Shown: positions 30,475-40,645 of the stretch, piece by piece | Numbering within the stretch: position 1 is the stretch's first letter | Layout: every line of letters begins with the position of its first letter | Origin: Candidatus Latescibacterota bacterium | Lineage (GTDB): Bacteria > Latescibacterota > UBA2968 > UBA8231 | Direction of reading: 5' to 3' | DNA length: 64,000 nt | Assembly: GCA_965243025.1 (NCBI GenBank) | Contig: CBDETY010000003.1 | Coordinates: 64,001 to 128,000 of the forward strand | Made by a program: the position numbers and the translations under genes | Notes under the pieces: generated by a model | Database searches by the model: none | Seen by the model: only the letters and a program-made list of their open reading frames with translations | What the model was told of the DNA's origin: nothing

Positions 30475-33128
30475 TGCCCCCCCTGATCCTCCTGATCCTG
30501 TGGCTCGCCGCCCTTCCCGGCTCGAGCGAGGCGACGGACCAGCTCCTCTACAAGGAGTCGCCCCGGTACGAGAACTACGGCGAGCAGGGATACCGCCATT
30601 ACGGCCGCGGTGTCCTGGGGCGGTCGACGAGGCCCCTCTTCGACCGCCTGGGGGATCAGCTGATGAACGGCGTCGAGATCTACTCCCTCGGGGAAAGCCG
30701 GGTCGAGGCGGAACTTGTTCCCCCCGGCAGCCGCCTGAACAAGCACTTCTTCTACTACAGATATCTCAATGGCCTGGCCATAGCCCAGGACAGGTACAAC
30801 GGGTGGACCACCCGCCTGCTGATCGGCGACCGCATCCGCACCCACTTCACGCCTCTCACTCTCGACCTGGCGGCTCTCAACGGCATCCGCTGGGACGTGG
30901 AGGGCAGCGGTCACCGCCTGTCGCTGGTGACCTCGCGCCGCGACTTCCCGCTCTGGACCCTGCCGGACGTGGACCAGAACCAGGAGCTCAGCTTCTCCAC
31001 CTACCTGCTGGGGGGGCACTGGGAAAGAGACTGGGGCCCCTTGAAACTGGGCGCCACGTTCACCAACCAGCTCAGGGTGAACACGCTGCTGGGCACCGAG
31101 GGAAGCAGCATCAAGGGAACCACTCCATTCACCATCACAACGGTCCAGATGCTCGTCGTCAAGGTCGCCAACGCCGACGAACGCATGCACCACAACGCCC
31201 GCGTCTACGGTATCGACCTTGCGCTCAACGGGGAAGCGACGGATATCGAACCGGTGGTGACCCGTCACGACGCCAACTTCGTCAACCCGCGGTTCGAGAA
31301 CTTCGACGAGTTCTTTCCCCTCGGGAGAACGGTCCCTCCCTTCGTCGACTTCATCGAGGGGGACTTCCCTGCGGAAAGTCCCGATTCCCGGGGCGGAATT
31401 CAGGTGAACGACAGCGAATACCTGCTCTACTGGTTCGAGCTGCCGGAAGATGTCGTGGTTCAGCAGGCCAGCTTCGACGCCCTGGTCGCCAACAATTACG
31501 AGATCTCGGTCTCCGAGGTCTTCGTCCGCAACCCCCTTGCGGGCAGGCGCGACCCGGGGCAGCGGAACCGCGCCACCTACTTCGCCCGCATAACCGGAAG
31601 CGACGAACCGGCCCTGGATGGATCGAACCTGCGGCGGGTGCGCTTCGACTACGGCCGGCAGACGGGCAACATGGTCTTCGGGGCCAACGCGCAAACCGCG
31701 TTCAAGGGGTTTCTGTTCCGGGGCGAATTCGACGTCAACCTCAACCACCTCCAGTACCCCGACCTCGAGGGCGCACGGCACCGGCGCGAGGCGCTGGCGT
31801 ACTTCGTCAACCTCGAGAGGGAGCTGGGACCCCGGGTATCGATCGGGGGCGAGTACTTCAACGTCGACCCGGACTACAGCACCAGCATAACCGTACAGAG
31901 CGAAGGCTACGCGGCCTACACCGACCTGCCCGTCCAGCCGTATGTCAACGAGATCCACCACGGGTTTCCCGGGGATTACAACAACACCATCGAGATGGAT
32001 ACGGTGGACGACAACGACGACAGGGATCCGTTCGCCGATTCGTACTTCATCCCCACCCAGGGAGACATCGACGGCGTGTTCCCCGGACTGGACGAGGACC
32101 TGGACGGGAGACCGGATATCAACGAGAACGACAATGCCCTGCCCGACTACGTCGAGCCGTTCATGCTCTACCGCGTCGACCCGGACGAGTTCGAGTACGG
32201 CGACGACCTCAACAACAACGGCGTCATCGACGTCCGCGAGAACGATCTCAAGCCCGACTACCCCTACGACCGGAATCTGCGCGGCTGGCACCTGTTCGGG
32301 GAATGGCGCCCATCGTCCCCGCTGACGCTGACCCTGGGCCGTTACGATACCCGGCAGCTGTGGGGATCGGGAGAGAACGCCGTCTCCTACGCGAAGGCGG
32401 AGTACAGGCGCGACTTCGCCGGTCTGGCCAGGGTCCGCGCCGTCAACTTCCTCAAGCGGGTGCGGGACGACATCCGCAACGACGTCTTCCGCTTCACCTT
32501 CAGCAGCACCGGTTTCGGCACCGTCTTCGCCGAAGACCTCCTGCGCATGCAGAACAGCCTGGCGAACTCGGCGTTCGCCGATATCGAACTGTACCATTTC
32601 CGCCCGTTCCACGTCCGCCTGAAGACCCTGCTGGAATCGAACCGGCAGTGGGCTACGGCGCAAACCGATGTGAACTGGATCCGGCGCTCGGCTGCGGTCC
32701 TGCGCAGCGACTACACCTGGAAGCTGGGTGCGCTGTCGGCGATGCCGCAGATGAAGCTGATGGTGCAGAAAGCCACGGACGAGGCGGGCAGAATCCATCC
32801 CCTCCACGAGCTGCACTACTACCCGATCTTCAAGATCTACTGGCATATGACGCCGGATACGGCGCTGCGGCTGGGGGCCCAGGGGTTCCCCTTTCTCGAG
32901 AGCCGGTTCCGGGATTTCGAACAGGGGGACAACGGCTACGACGCCCGGGACTACATGATCAGTCTCACCAACGTGTCGTCGTACAGCGGCTACCAGTTGG
33001 GGCTGAGCGCGGGCTATCACATCAAGACCAGGCGCATGGTCGACAGGCGGAGGGCTTTTCTCGACCAGGACTACACGCTCTTCTTCCTGCGTCTGATCGC
33101 GGGCCTTAATCCAAGCCAGAATCTCTGA
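30471..33128 (+). CDS. Putative outer-membrane protein with Asp/Asn-rich repeats, paralog 2
   Basis: Start re-called at the ATGA overlap (MMPPLILLILWLAALPGSSEA). Same motif set as paralog 1. Confidence 0.6.
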   Translation: MMPPLILLILWLAALPGSSEATDQLLYKESPRYENYGEQGYRHYGRGVLGRSTRPLFDRLGDQLMNGVEIYSLGESRVEAELVPPGSRLNKHFFYYRYLNGLAIAQDRYNGWTTRLLIGDRIRTHFTPLTLDLAALNGIRWDVEGSGHRLSLVTSRRDFPLWTLPDVDQNQELSFSTYLLGGHWERDWGPLKLGATFTNQLRVNTLLGTEGSSIKGTTPFTITTVQMLVVKVANADERMHHNARVYGIDLALNGEATDIEPVVTRHDANFVNPRFENFDEFFPLGRTVPPFVDFIEGDFPAESPDSRGGIQVNDSEYLLYWFELPEDVVVQQASFDALVANNYEISVSEVFVRNPLAGRRDPGQRNRATYFARITGSDEPALDGSNLRRVRFDYGRQTGNMVFGANAQTAFKGFLFRGEFDVNLNHLQYPDLEGARHRREALAYFVNLERELGPRVSIGGEYFNVDPDYSTSITVQSEGYAAYTDLPVQPYVNEIHHGFPGDYNNTIEMDTVDDNDDRDPFADSYFIPTQGDIDGVFPGLDEDLDGRPDINENDNALPDYVEPFMLYRVDPDEFEYGDDLNNNGVIDVRENDLKPDYPYDRNLRGWHLFGEWRPSSPLTLTLGRYDTRQLWGSGENAVSYAKAEYRRDFAGLARVRAVNFLKRVRDDIRNDVFRFTFSSTGFGTVFAEDLLRMQNSLANSAFADIELYHFRPFHVRLKTLLESNRQWATAQTDVNWIRRSAAVLRSDYTWKLGALSAMPQMKLMVQKATDEAGRIHPLHELHYYPIFKIYWHMTPDTALRLGAQGFPFLESRFRDFEQGDNGYDARDYMISLTNVSSYSGYQLGLSAGYHIKTRRMVDRRRAFLDQDYTLFFLRLIAGLNPSQNL

Positions 33129-33145
33129 CGGTCGAAGAGGGATCG

Positions 33146-36037
33146 ATGTCGGCGGGATACGGCGTAACAGCTCTGGCGTCAACAGCGGCACTGCTCTGTG
33201 CGATTCCGCTCGGCGCCCGGGACGGCTCCGGCGGCCGAAAGGACGAAGCGGGAACCGCGGACGTGGCGCTGCGGCAGGTCTATCCCGCCCACCCGTTTCT
33301 CGGGCGGCGGCTTTCAGGTTTCACGAGCTACGCCATGTCGCCCTGGACCAACTACGAGGACTTCGAGTTCCCCTATACCACTTCGCGCCGCACCTTCTTC
33401 GGCCCCCTGGGGGATCGCCTGCTCAGCGGCTACGACGTCGTCTCGTGGCGGGAGGTGCACTCCCCGGAGGGGCACGACAGCGAGCTCTTCAAGTCCCGGA
33501 GCCGCCTCGAGCACGTTTTCAACCATGTGATGGTAGCCGGCGACTCCTACAGCGGCTGGTCGGCCAGGGCGATATACGGCAGCGAGATCCGCACGATGTT
33601 CACGCCGCTGACGCTCTACTGGGCCGGACTGAACGGATTCCGCGGCGACTGGATGACGGACAGAACGCGGGTCTCGATGGTGGCGTCGCGCCTCTCCACT
33701 CCGATCTACTCGCGGGAATACGAGATGGCATGGGTCCTCAACGGGCTCGCCCGCGACCAGAATCCCGTGCAGCTCTTCGGGGCCCGTGCCGAGCGCAGCA
33801 TCGGCATCCTCGACCTGGGCGCCAGCTACGTCAACGTCCACTCGGAGAACAGCGCCGACGGGGAGCGAAGCATGAAGGGAACGTTCCCGGCCACGCGCGG
33901 CACGCCCCTGTGGCTGGCGGTGCAGATCGCCGACGACTCGCCGGCGGACGGCAAAGGGGGGCCGCAGGTCTTCGACATCGCCGTCTGGGTCAACGGCGAA
34001 CGCCGGCACGACATCCGCCCGGACGCGGTGCTTTACCACACGCGGAACACGGCGGTGGGCCGCACGAACAGGACGCTCGGCCGCTTCATCCCGAACGGCT
34101 ATGCCGTTCCCATCAGCCGCAGCGTTCAGGGGCAGGCCGACATCTTCAAGCTCCTCGAGCAGCCGGCTCAGCTTCCGCTCTTCGCCGACTATCTTTACCT
34201 AAAGGACCACCTGAACGACAAGGATGTGAGCCGCCAGGCCAGTGTGCCGCGGTTGACGGCCAACGTCGAGCTGCTGCCCGGCAAGGTGCACAGGGCGGAC
34301 GGCGAGGACTTCCTGATCTACTACTTCGACCTGCAGGACCTCGAAGATGAAGTCAACGAGGTGGAACTGGGTTTCCTGGTGGGGAACGACTACCACATTT
34401 CGGTCTCCGACGTCCAGGAAAAGGGCCGCAGCAGCAACTACGAAAACCGCTACCGGGCGGAGCTCCTCCGCACTGTCGAACGGGCCCCCGGCAACGTGCA
34501 GAATCTCTCCAACGTGCGCTGGGTTCGCTTCGAGTACGGATGGCCTACCGGTCTGTCGCTGTACAGCGTCGACATGCACGCCGAATTCGGGGGATTGAAG
34601 ATCGCCGGGGAATACGCGCTGAGCAGGGAGTTCAACCGCTACCCGAACGAAGCGCGGGAAGGCGGCCGGCACGAGAGCCATGGACGGGCCTGGTACCTGG
34701 TCGCGACCCGGGATTTCGAGCGCTGGGGACTGGGGGGGGAGCTCTTCTCCATGCAGCCCGACTACACCACCAACCTCATGACCTCGCTGCCCGACCACGA
34801 GAACCACCAGTACACCCGCCGCGGCTTCATCAACGACACGGGTCTGTGGACGCTCGTCCAGGACAACGACGATCACGATCGCTTTCCCGACATCTGGGTC
34901 GGCCAGATCACCGACGACGCCAATGTCACCGAAGACACCGACGGGGTGTTTCCCGGCAAGGACGAGGACCGGGACGGCATTCCGGACACCAACCGCAACT
35001 TCAACAACCTCCCCGACTACGTAGAGCCGTTCCTGATGTTCGACGTCGAGTCCGACGACTACGTCTACGGCGCCGACCTCGACAACAACGACGTTCCCGA
35101 CGAGCGCGAAGACGACATCGACCCGGAATACCCCTACGACCTCGACCTGGAGGGGTTCCACCTCAGCACCTGGGTGGAGCCCTTGCCGGGTCTGCGCCTG
35201 GTACCCGGACTTCTGCGCACCGAACAGATCGCCGGCGGCCGCGGGAACCGCGTCGACTACATGCGCCTCCACTACACGTTGCGCGAACCCGGTCTTGGCG
35301 AGGTCCGCTTCGAGCACGAGATCAAGCGCGTCCGCGACGACATTCCCAACGAGACCGTGAGCGTCTCGGAGGTCCCCAGCGGCGCTTACAATTTCAGCGG
35401 GGTCAAGTACGAAAGTCAGTTCGGCACGCTGCGGGTCGCCGACGAGCTCAACTACCGCAACAGCCTCGCCAACCGCAGCCATGTGACCAGCCGCCTGACG
35501 GCGTTCGGCCGTCTGCAGCTGGTCAACCGGGTGAAAGTGGAGATCAACGAACAGCGGGAGAGGCTTTTCGACGACGGCGTTTTCCAGCCGGAGGATCGCC
35601 TGGGTCTGCTGGCCGGGGTGCACAAGACAAGCTGCTCCTGGCGCCGCGGCAGGTTGACCCTCACGCCGCAGTTCAAACTGCTCTACCTGCGCCGGGAGCG
35701 CCGCACCCTGGGAGTTCCGCTGACCCACGAGCGCGAGATCATGCCGATTCTCAAGGCCGAGTACCGCGTGACTTCGAGAACCGCCGTCAAGGCGGGCATG
35801 CAGGGTCTGCCGTTGTCCGGCCTCGCCTACCAGTTCAAGGACCTGACCGACGACAGCCGCAGCTTCGAGAGCCGGGACTGGGCGCTGTTCGTCACCAACC
35901 TCTCCGAGTACTTCGGCTACGACATGACCGTCAACACGGGACTGGCCTACCGCAGGGTCGAGTTCCTCGACGCGCGCCAGCAGCAGCGCAACAGCAGGAC
36001 CACGTCGATGTTCATGAGCCTGATACTGGGATTCTGA
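33146..36037 (+). CDS. Putative outer-membrane protein with Asp/Asn-rich repeats, paralog 3
   Basis: Same motif set. Ends MFMSLILGF, a terminal Phe resembling the BAM beta-signal. Confidence 0.6.
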   Translation: MSAGYGVTALASTAALLCAIPLGARDGSGGRKDEAGTADVALRQVYPAHPFLGRRLSGFTSYAMSPWTNYEDFEFPYTTSRRTFFGPLGDRLLSGYDVVSWREVHSPEGHDSELFKSRSRLEHVFNHVMVAGDSYSGWSARAIYGSEIRTMFTPLTLYWAGLNGFRGDWMTDRTRVSMVASRLSTPIYSREYEMAWVLNGLARDQNPVQLFGARAERSIGILDLGASYVNVHSENSADGERSMKGTFPATRGTPLWLAVQIADDSPADGKGGPQVFDIAVWVNGERRHDIRPDAVLYHTRNTAVGRTNRTLGRFIPNGYAVPISRSVQGQADIFKLLEQPAQLPLFADYLYLKDHLNDKDVSRQASVPRLTANVELLPGKVHRADGEDFLIYYFDLQDLEDEVNEVELGFLVGNDYHISVSDVQEKGRSSNYENRYRAELLRTVERAPGNVQNLSNVRWVRFEYGWPTGLSLYSVDMHAEFGGLKIAGEYALSREFNRYPNEAREGGRHESHGRAWYLVATRDFERWGLGGELFSMQPDYTTNLMTSLPDHENHQYTRRGFINDTGLWTLVQDNDDHDRFPDIWVGQITDDANVTEDTDGVFPGKDEDRDGIPDTNRNFNNLPDYVEPFLMFDVESDDYVYGADLDNNDVPDEREDDIDPEYPYDLDLEGFHLSTWVEPLPGLRLVPGLLRTEQIAGGRGNRVDYMRLHYTLREPGLGEVRFEHEIKRVRDDIPNETVSVSEVPSGAYNFSGVKYESQFGTLRVADELNYRNSLANRSHVTSRLTAFGRLQLVNRVKVEINEQRERLFDDGVFQPEDRLGLLAGVHKTSCSWRRGRLTLTPQFKLLYLRRERRTLGVPLTHEREIMPILKAEYRVTSRTAVKAGMQGLPLSGLAYQFKDLTDDSRSFESRDWALFVTNLSEYFGYDMTVNTGLAYRRVEFLDARQQQRNSRTTSMFMSLILGF

Positions 36038-36065
36038 TGAAGCGCGCTGAAGGAGGGGAGCTGCC

Positions 36066-39000
36066 GTGAGCGTGGGCTGGGGTATTCTCGTCGGCCTGTC
36101 CCTGTTGATCGCCGCGGCGCGCAACGTCCCCACCGCCAGCGACCTCCAGTGGTGGTTCGAGGAGGGGCAGAAGTTCTACGCCTCGGGGGCGTACGACCAG
36201 GCGGTGGAGAAGTACGGCCTGATCACCGCGGTCGAAAGCCGTTTCCTCGAGACCGACTCGCTCTCCTACGCGGTGGGAGAAATCTCCGCGCCGGTCCGGG
36301 ACGTGGCGCTCTACCAGACCGGGAACTCCTACTTCAAGATGGCCGGGGAGGAGCTGGAGCTCGCCCGCCGGGCGGCCAGCGAACAGCGGCGGGACCGCCA
36401 TCGCGAGAGCGCGCGGGAGCACCGGACGCTGGCCATCCGGTTCTTCGAGAAGACGGAGGGGCAGACGAGGAACGCCGATCTGCAGGAGCTCGCCCGCAAC
36501 CGCATCGTCAAGGTGCTGTACGAAAGCGGCGACTACGAGCGCACGATACGGGAGGCGCGCCGCCTCATCGAGAGGTACCCGGAGAGCCGCTACACGAGGA
36601 GCGCCCTTTACGACATCGGCTGGTCCTACTACGAGTTGGAGGAGTACGGACTGAGCGTGGAGGCATTCGAGGAGCTGGTGGCGCGTTTTCCGTCGGGGTA
36701 CCAGCACGACCGGGCCCTGTTCCAGATCGGCGAGAGCCACTACAGCAAGGGGCAGTACCGGCAGGCCCTGCCCTACTACCAGCGCCTGGTGGAGCTGGCC
36801 CGGATCGACCAACTGACCGACGAGGAGCTGGCGCGAATGCGCCGGGAGAAGATCGCCGGCCTGGTCGACGAGACGGTGCTGGAACTGGCCATGAAATCCC
36901 AGATCAGAGCCGGTTCCTGCTACGCCAGCCTCGGGGAGTACGAGAACGCGGCCGAGGTCTACCGCAGCGCCATCGGGCTGTTCACCAGGGAGCGCTCCCT
37001 GGCCGAAGAGGCCTACCGGCGCCTGGCCGACATGTACCAGCAGGCAGGTCAGTTCGAGCGGGCGGTGGCCATCTACCGCGAGGCGATAGACTCGGTCTCC
37101 GATCCCGCCTTCCGGGCGCGCATGCAGTCGCTCCTGGCCGAGCGCTACTACCAGAGCGGACGCTTCGAAGAGGCCATAGAGGAGTACAGACTCTACATGG
37201 GAGCCTACGCCGACGCGGCCAGGGCGGCCGGGTTCGGTGTCGACGAGGCGCGTTACAAGGTCGGACGGTCCTATTACGAGCTGGCCCGCGGGCAGCGGGA
37301 AAGCCGCGGTTCCCAACAGGCAGTACCGCACCTGCTGAGTGCCGTCGATGAATACCAAGCGGTGCTGGAGGAATTCCCGGACAGCTGGCTGGGACTGGCC
37401 TGCCACTTCAACATCGGGCTCTCCTACCAGACGATGGACACCGCCGAGGGCCGTGCCCGGGCCATGGAGAAGTTCGACTTCATAGCACGGGAGCATCCCC
37501 GGGACGAGTACGCTCCCGGCGCCCTCTTCCAGATCGCCCGCATCCACTTCAACCAGGGTTCGTACGCAAGCGCTGTCGAGACCTACGAACGCATCGTGGC
37601 CGACTACGGCGATTCGCCGCGGCTGGACACCGCCTTTTTCGAGCTGGGAATCGCCCGGAAGAAAGCCGGCCTCGACGAGCCGGCTGTCGCCGACTTCCTC
37701 GGAATCGGAACCGAATCCGCCCTCTACGTGAAGGCGCGCCACGAGGCGGCCCAGCTCCTGATGGACATGGGGAAGTTCGATCGCGCGCTGGAAGAGCTCG
37801 CCGGGGCCCTGGCGCTCGCCGAAGGCCCCGAGCGCGGGCTCAACCACTACCTGCAGGGCAAGGCCCAGGTCGGCAACGAGGCCTACGCGGAGGCCGCCCT
37901 CCAGTTCGGCGAAGCCCTCGAGCTGCTCGAAGATCCCAAACTGGCGGAGAGCGTCCGCTACAGCCGCGGAGTCTGCCTGATGCAACTCGAGCGCTACGCG
38001 GAGGCCGAGGCCCTCCTGGTGGTCCTGACCGACGCCGAAGACCTGAAAGTGCGCCGGGCTGCACAGCGGATGCTGGGCAAGGCGCGCATCGAGCTGCACC
38101 GGGAGGAACAGGCCCTCGAAAACTATCGCATCCTGGCCGCGGAAGCCGCCGACCCGGCTGAGAAGGCGGAGTACCTGCTCCTGCTGGCCGAACTCTACCA
38201 CGGGTTGGAGCGGAACGAAGATGCCGCCCGGCTCGCCCGCCAGGTCATCGGGTTGCCCTTCGAGGACACGCGCGCCGAGCAGGGAGACTATTTCATCAAG
38301 GAGCGCGCCTTCTACCTGCTCGGGGATACGTTCGTGCGGCGCGGCATGCACGAAGCGGCGATTGAAACCTATGCCGAGGCCCTGGGTTCCTATCCGTCGG
38401 GCTTCTACGCCTCGGACATGCGCTTCGCCGTGGCCAGTTCCCGCATGCAGCTGGACGACCTGGACAGGGCCGCCGATTCCTTCGAGGCCTTCATACGGGA
38501 GTTCGGGGAAGATCCGAATCTCCCCTATGCCTATTACTACGCGGCCTACTCCCATTTCAATCTCACCCGCTTCGAACGGGCCGCCTCTCTGTTCGCCGAA
38601 ATGGCGAGCCGTTTCCCCGGGCTGGACGTGACCCCCGATGCCCTGTACCGGGCCGGCGAGAGCTGTTTCAATCTCGGCCGCTTCGAGGAGTCCCTCTCCT
38701 ACTACCAGCGAATCCTCGACGAGCACCCGCAGTCGGACCAGGTGGACGGCGCCCTCTACAACAAGGCGTGGGCGCTGCTTGAAAGGGACCGCGGCGCCGA
38801 AGCTGCCGCCGTCTTTCGGCAACTGGTCGAGCGTTTTCCCGACAGCGAGTTCGGGCCGAGCGCCCAGTTTTCCATAGGCGACTATCACTACAACCAGGAG
38901 AACTACCGGGATGCCCTCGATGCCTACCGGAAGGTCGCCGAGCTCTACCCGCGGAATCCACTGGCCGGGAAGGTCCCGGACCTGATCGCGGGGCTCCGGG

Positions 39001-39311
39001 AGAGCCTGGCGTTTCTCGATTACCAGAAAGCGGTCGAACCGTACAGGGAGGCGATGGCCGACAAGGATCCGGAGAAATTCCGACGGGCCATCGCGCTGTT
39101 TCAGCGGGTGGTCGAACAGTATCCCGGCACGGAGAGCCACACAGGCGCCCTGGTCAACATGGGCATCTGCTACGAGAGCCTGAACCGCTGGAAAGAGGCA
39201 GTCGCCGCCTATGACATGGTCTACCAGGCCTACGAGGACGGGAAGGCGACGGCCGAAGCCTATCAGTTCGCCAGGGCCCACAGGGAATGGATCACCGCCA
39301 ACCGCCTCTGA
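36066..39311 (+). CDS. Large exported tetratricopeptide-repeat protein (BamD/CpoB-like TPRs)
   Basis: N-terminal hydrophobic signal and many ALY/FxIG..Y...A...F..L..R(F/Y)P.S repeats. Confidence 0.88.
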   Translation: MSVGWGILVGLSLLIAAARNVPTASDLQWWFEEGQKFYASGAYDQAVEKYGLITAVESRFLETDSLSYAVGEISAPVRDVALYQTGNSYFKMAGEELELARRAASEQRRDRHRESAREHRTLAIRFFEKTEGQTRNADLQELARNRIVKVLYESGDYERTIREARRLIERYPESRYTRSALYDIGWSYYELEEYGLSVEAFEELVARFPSGYQHDRALFQIGESHYSKGQYRQALPYYQRLVELARIDQLTDEELARMRREKIAGLVDETVLELAMKSQIRAGSCYASLGEYENAAEVYRSAIGLFTRERSLAEEAYRRLADMYQQAGQFERAVAIYREAIDSVSDPAFRARMQSLLAERYYQSGRFEEAIEEYRLYMGAYADAARAAGFGVDEARYKVGRSYYELARGQRESRGSQQAVPHLLSAVDEYQAVLEEFPDSWLGLACHFNIGLSYQTMDTAEGRARAMEKFDFIAREHPRDEYAPGALFQIARIHFNQGSYASAVETYERIVADYGDSPRLDTAFFELGIARKKAGLDEPAVADFLGIGTESALYVKARHEAAQLLMDMGKFDRALEELAGALALAEGPERGLNHYLQGKAQVGNEAYAEAALQFGEALELLEDPKLAESVRYSRGVCLMQLERYAEAEALLVVLTDAEDLKVRRAAQRMLGKARIELHREEQALENYRILAAEAADPAEKAEYLLLLAELYHGLERNEDAARLARQVIGLPFEDTRAEQGDYFIKERAFYLLGDTFVRRGMHEAAIETYAEALGSYPSGFYASDMRFAVASSRMQLDDLDRAADSFEAFIREFGEDPNLPYAYYYAAYSHFNLTRFERAASLFAEMASRFPGLDVTPDALYRAGESCFNLGRFEESLSYYQRILDEHPQSDQVDGALYNKAWALLERDRGAEAAAVFRQLVERFPDSEFGPSAQFSIGDYHYNQENYRDALDAYRKVAELYPRNPLAGKVPDLIAGLRESLAFLDYQKAVEPYREAMADKDPEKFRRAIALFQRVVEQYPGTESHTGALVNMGICYESLNRWKEAVAAYDMVYQAYEDGKATAEAYQFARAHREWITANRL

Positions 39312-39324
39312 TCCGGAAAGAGAA

Positions 39325-39903
39325 ATGCAGGTGCACCGACTTCTGATCTGCCCCCTGGCCCTCTTCCTCGCAGCCGCCGTTTCACTCGATCCGGCCGGCG
39401 CCCAGGTGTTTCCCGAGGAGACTTTCACCCAGCGGCAGCGCGCCGGGAAAAAGCGGGCCATTGCCATATCCGCGGTCCTTCCCGGTCTCGGACAGGTAGC
39501 CCTGGGCTCTCGCTTCAAGGGCCTCGGCATCTTCCTCGGGGAGCTGACCACGCTCGTCGTGGCGGTCAACGCCAACGAGAACTACAAGACGCTCAAGGGG
39601 CGGCACGAGCAGGAAACGGAGCGCTACCTGGCCCTGCGCAACGGGGGACGGTTCGAACAGGCGGAGGAGCGCTGGCAGACGCTCAAGGGTATGGAAGAGG
39701 ACCTGGACAGCTACCACAGCTGGCGCCAGCTCGCCTATCTGTCGGCAGGCATCTACGTGTACAACATGGTCGACATACTGTTCTTCGCGGCACCCGGAAG
39801 CGGCGCCCGGGAGGCGCGCCGGGAAGCGCCGGAGCGGTTGCGGTTGAGCGCGAGGATGATCGACCGGTCGCCGGGAGTGGGCATCACCTGGCACGGCCTC
39901 TGA
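39325..39903 (+). CDS. DUF5683-like exported/membrane protein
   Basis: Signal peptide, KKRAIAISAVLPGLGQ motif and IYVYNMVD. Start re-called at MQVHRLL. Confidence 0.65.
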   Translation: MQVHRLLICPLALFLAAAVSLDPAGAQVFPEETFTQRQRAGKKRAIAISAVLPGLGQVALGSRFKGLGIFLGELTTLVVAVNANENYKTLKGRHEQETERYLALRNGGRFEQAEERWQTLKGMEEDLDSYHSWRQLAYLSAGIYVYNMVDILFFAAPGSGAREARREAPERLRLSARMIDRSPGVGITWHGL

Positions 39904-40616
39904 TGAGCCGGCGCGGACCGGTTCATCCCCCGCTGCTCGCCGCGCTCGCGTTCGCTCTCCTCACTGCTTCCGGTTGTCTGCATGTCCGTCTCAACACGGC
40001 CATCGCCGCCGACGGCGGGACGCTGCGCAGTCTCGACCTTTCCGTGGACGAGGAGTTCCGGCCGCTCCTGATGCAAGCGCACGAGACCGGGGGGCAGCTG
40101 GTTCCCGCCCGGGACCGGTGGAGGGAGAGGAGCCATGTCGAGGAGGGGCGCTTCCACCGGGTCCTCACGAGGGAATCCCACGATGCCGACGGCATTTCGG
40201 ACCGCGAGCTGCGGAGCCTCTTCGGCCAGTGGATCGAGCTGGGCCCCTACGAGGAAGGGGACGCGGTGGAGTTCGACGTCTACCGCACTCTCCCGGCGAC
40301 CACCTACGCCTTTCGGGAGACGTTCAACATACGTCCCGGCGCCGCCGCCCTCGCCAGGGCGCGCGAACAGCCGCTGCCTCCGGTGGAGATCGAGATTGCG
40401 GTCGAGATGCCCGGTGAGTTGCTGGAATCCCCTTCAGCGACGCGGACAAAGGGGGGCACCGCCGCCTGGAACTACACCATGGCCATCGAGGACACGGCCT
40501 CATTTGCCGGGCAGGTGACGGTCAAGTCGGGACGCACGCATTTCTGGCACTTCCTGCTTGCGGGGATTCTCGTCATCCTGTTCCTCGTCTCCCTGCCCGG
40601 TCAGTTCCGCCGTTGA
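39903..40616 (+). CDS. Lipoprotein with C-terminal TM anchor (LppM/DUF3153-like)
   Basis: Lipobox ASG-C, then I..DG, VEMPG and a C-terminal hydrophobic helix. Confidence 0.55.
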   Translation: MSRRGPVHPPLLAALAFALLTASGCLHVRLNTAIAADGGTLRSLDLSVDEEFRPLLMQAHETGGQLVPARDRWRERSHVEEGRFHRVLTRESHDADGISDRELRSLFGQWIELGPYEEGDAVEFDVYRTLPATTYAFRETFNIRPGAAALARAREQPLPPVEIEIAVEMPGELLESPSATRTKGGTAAWNYTMAIEDTASFAGQVTVKSGRTHFWHFLLAGILVILFLVSLPGQFRR

Positions 40617-40645
40617 GAAACGGTCTCCCGCCCTGAGAGAGGAAT

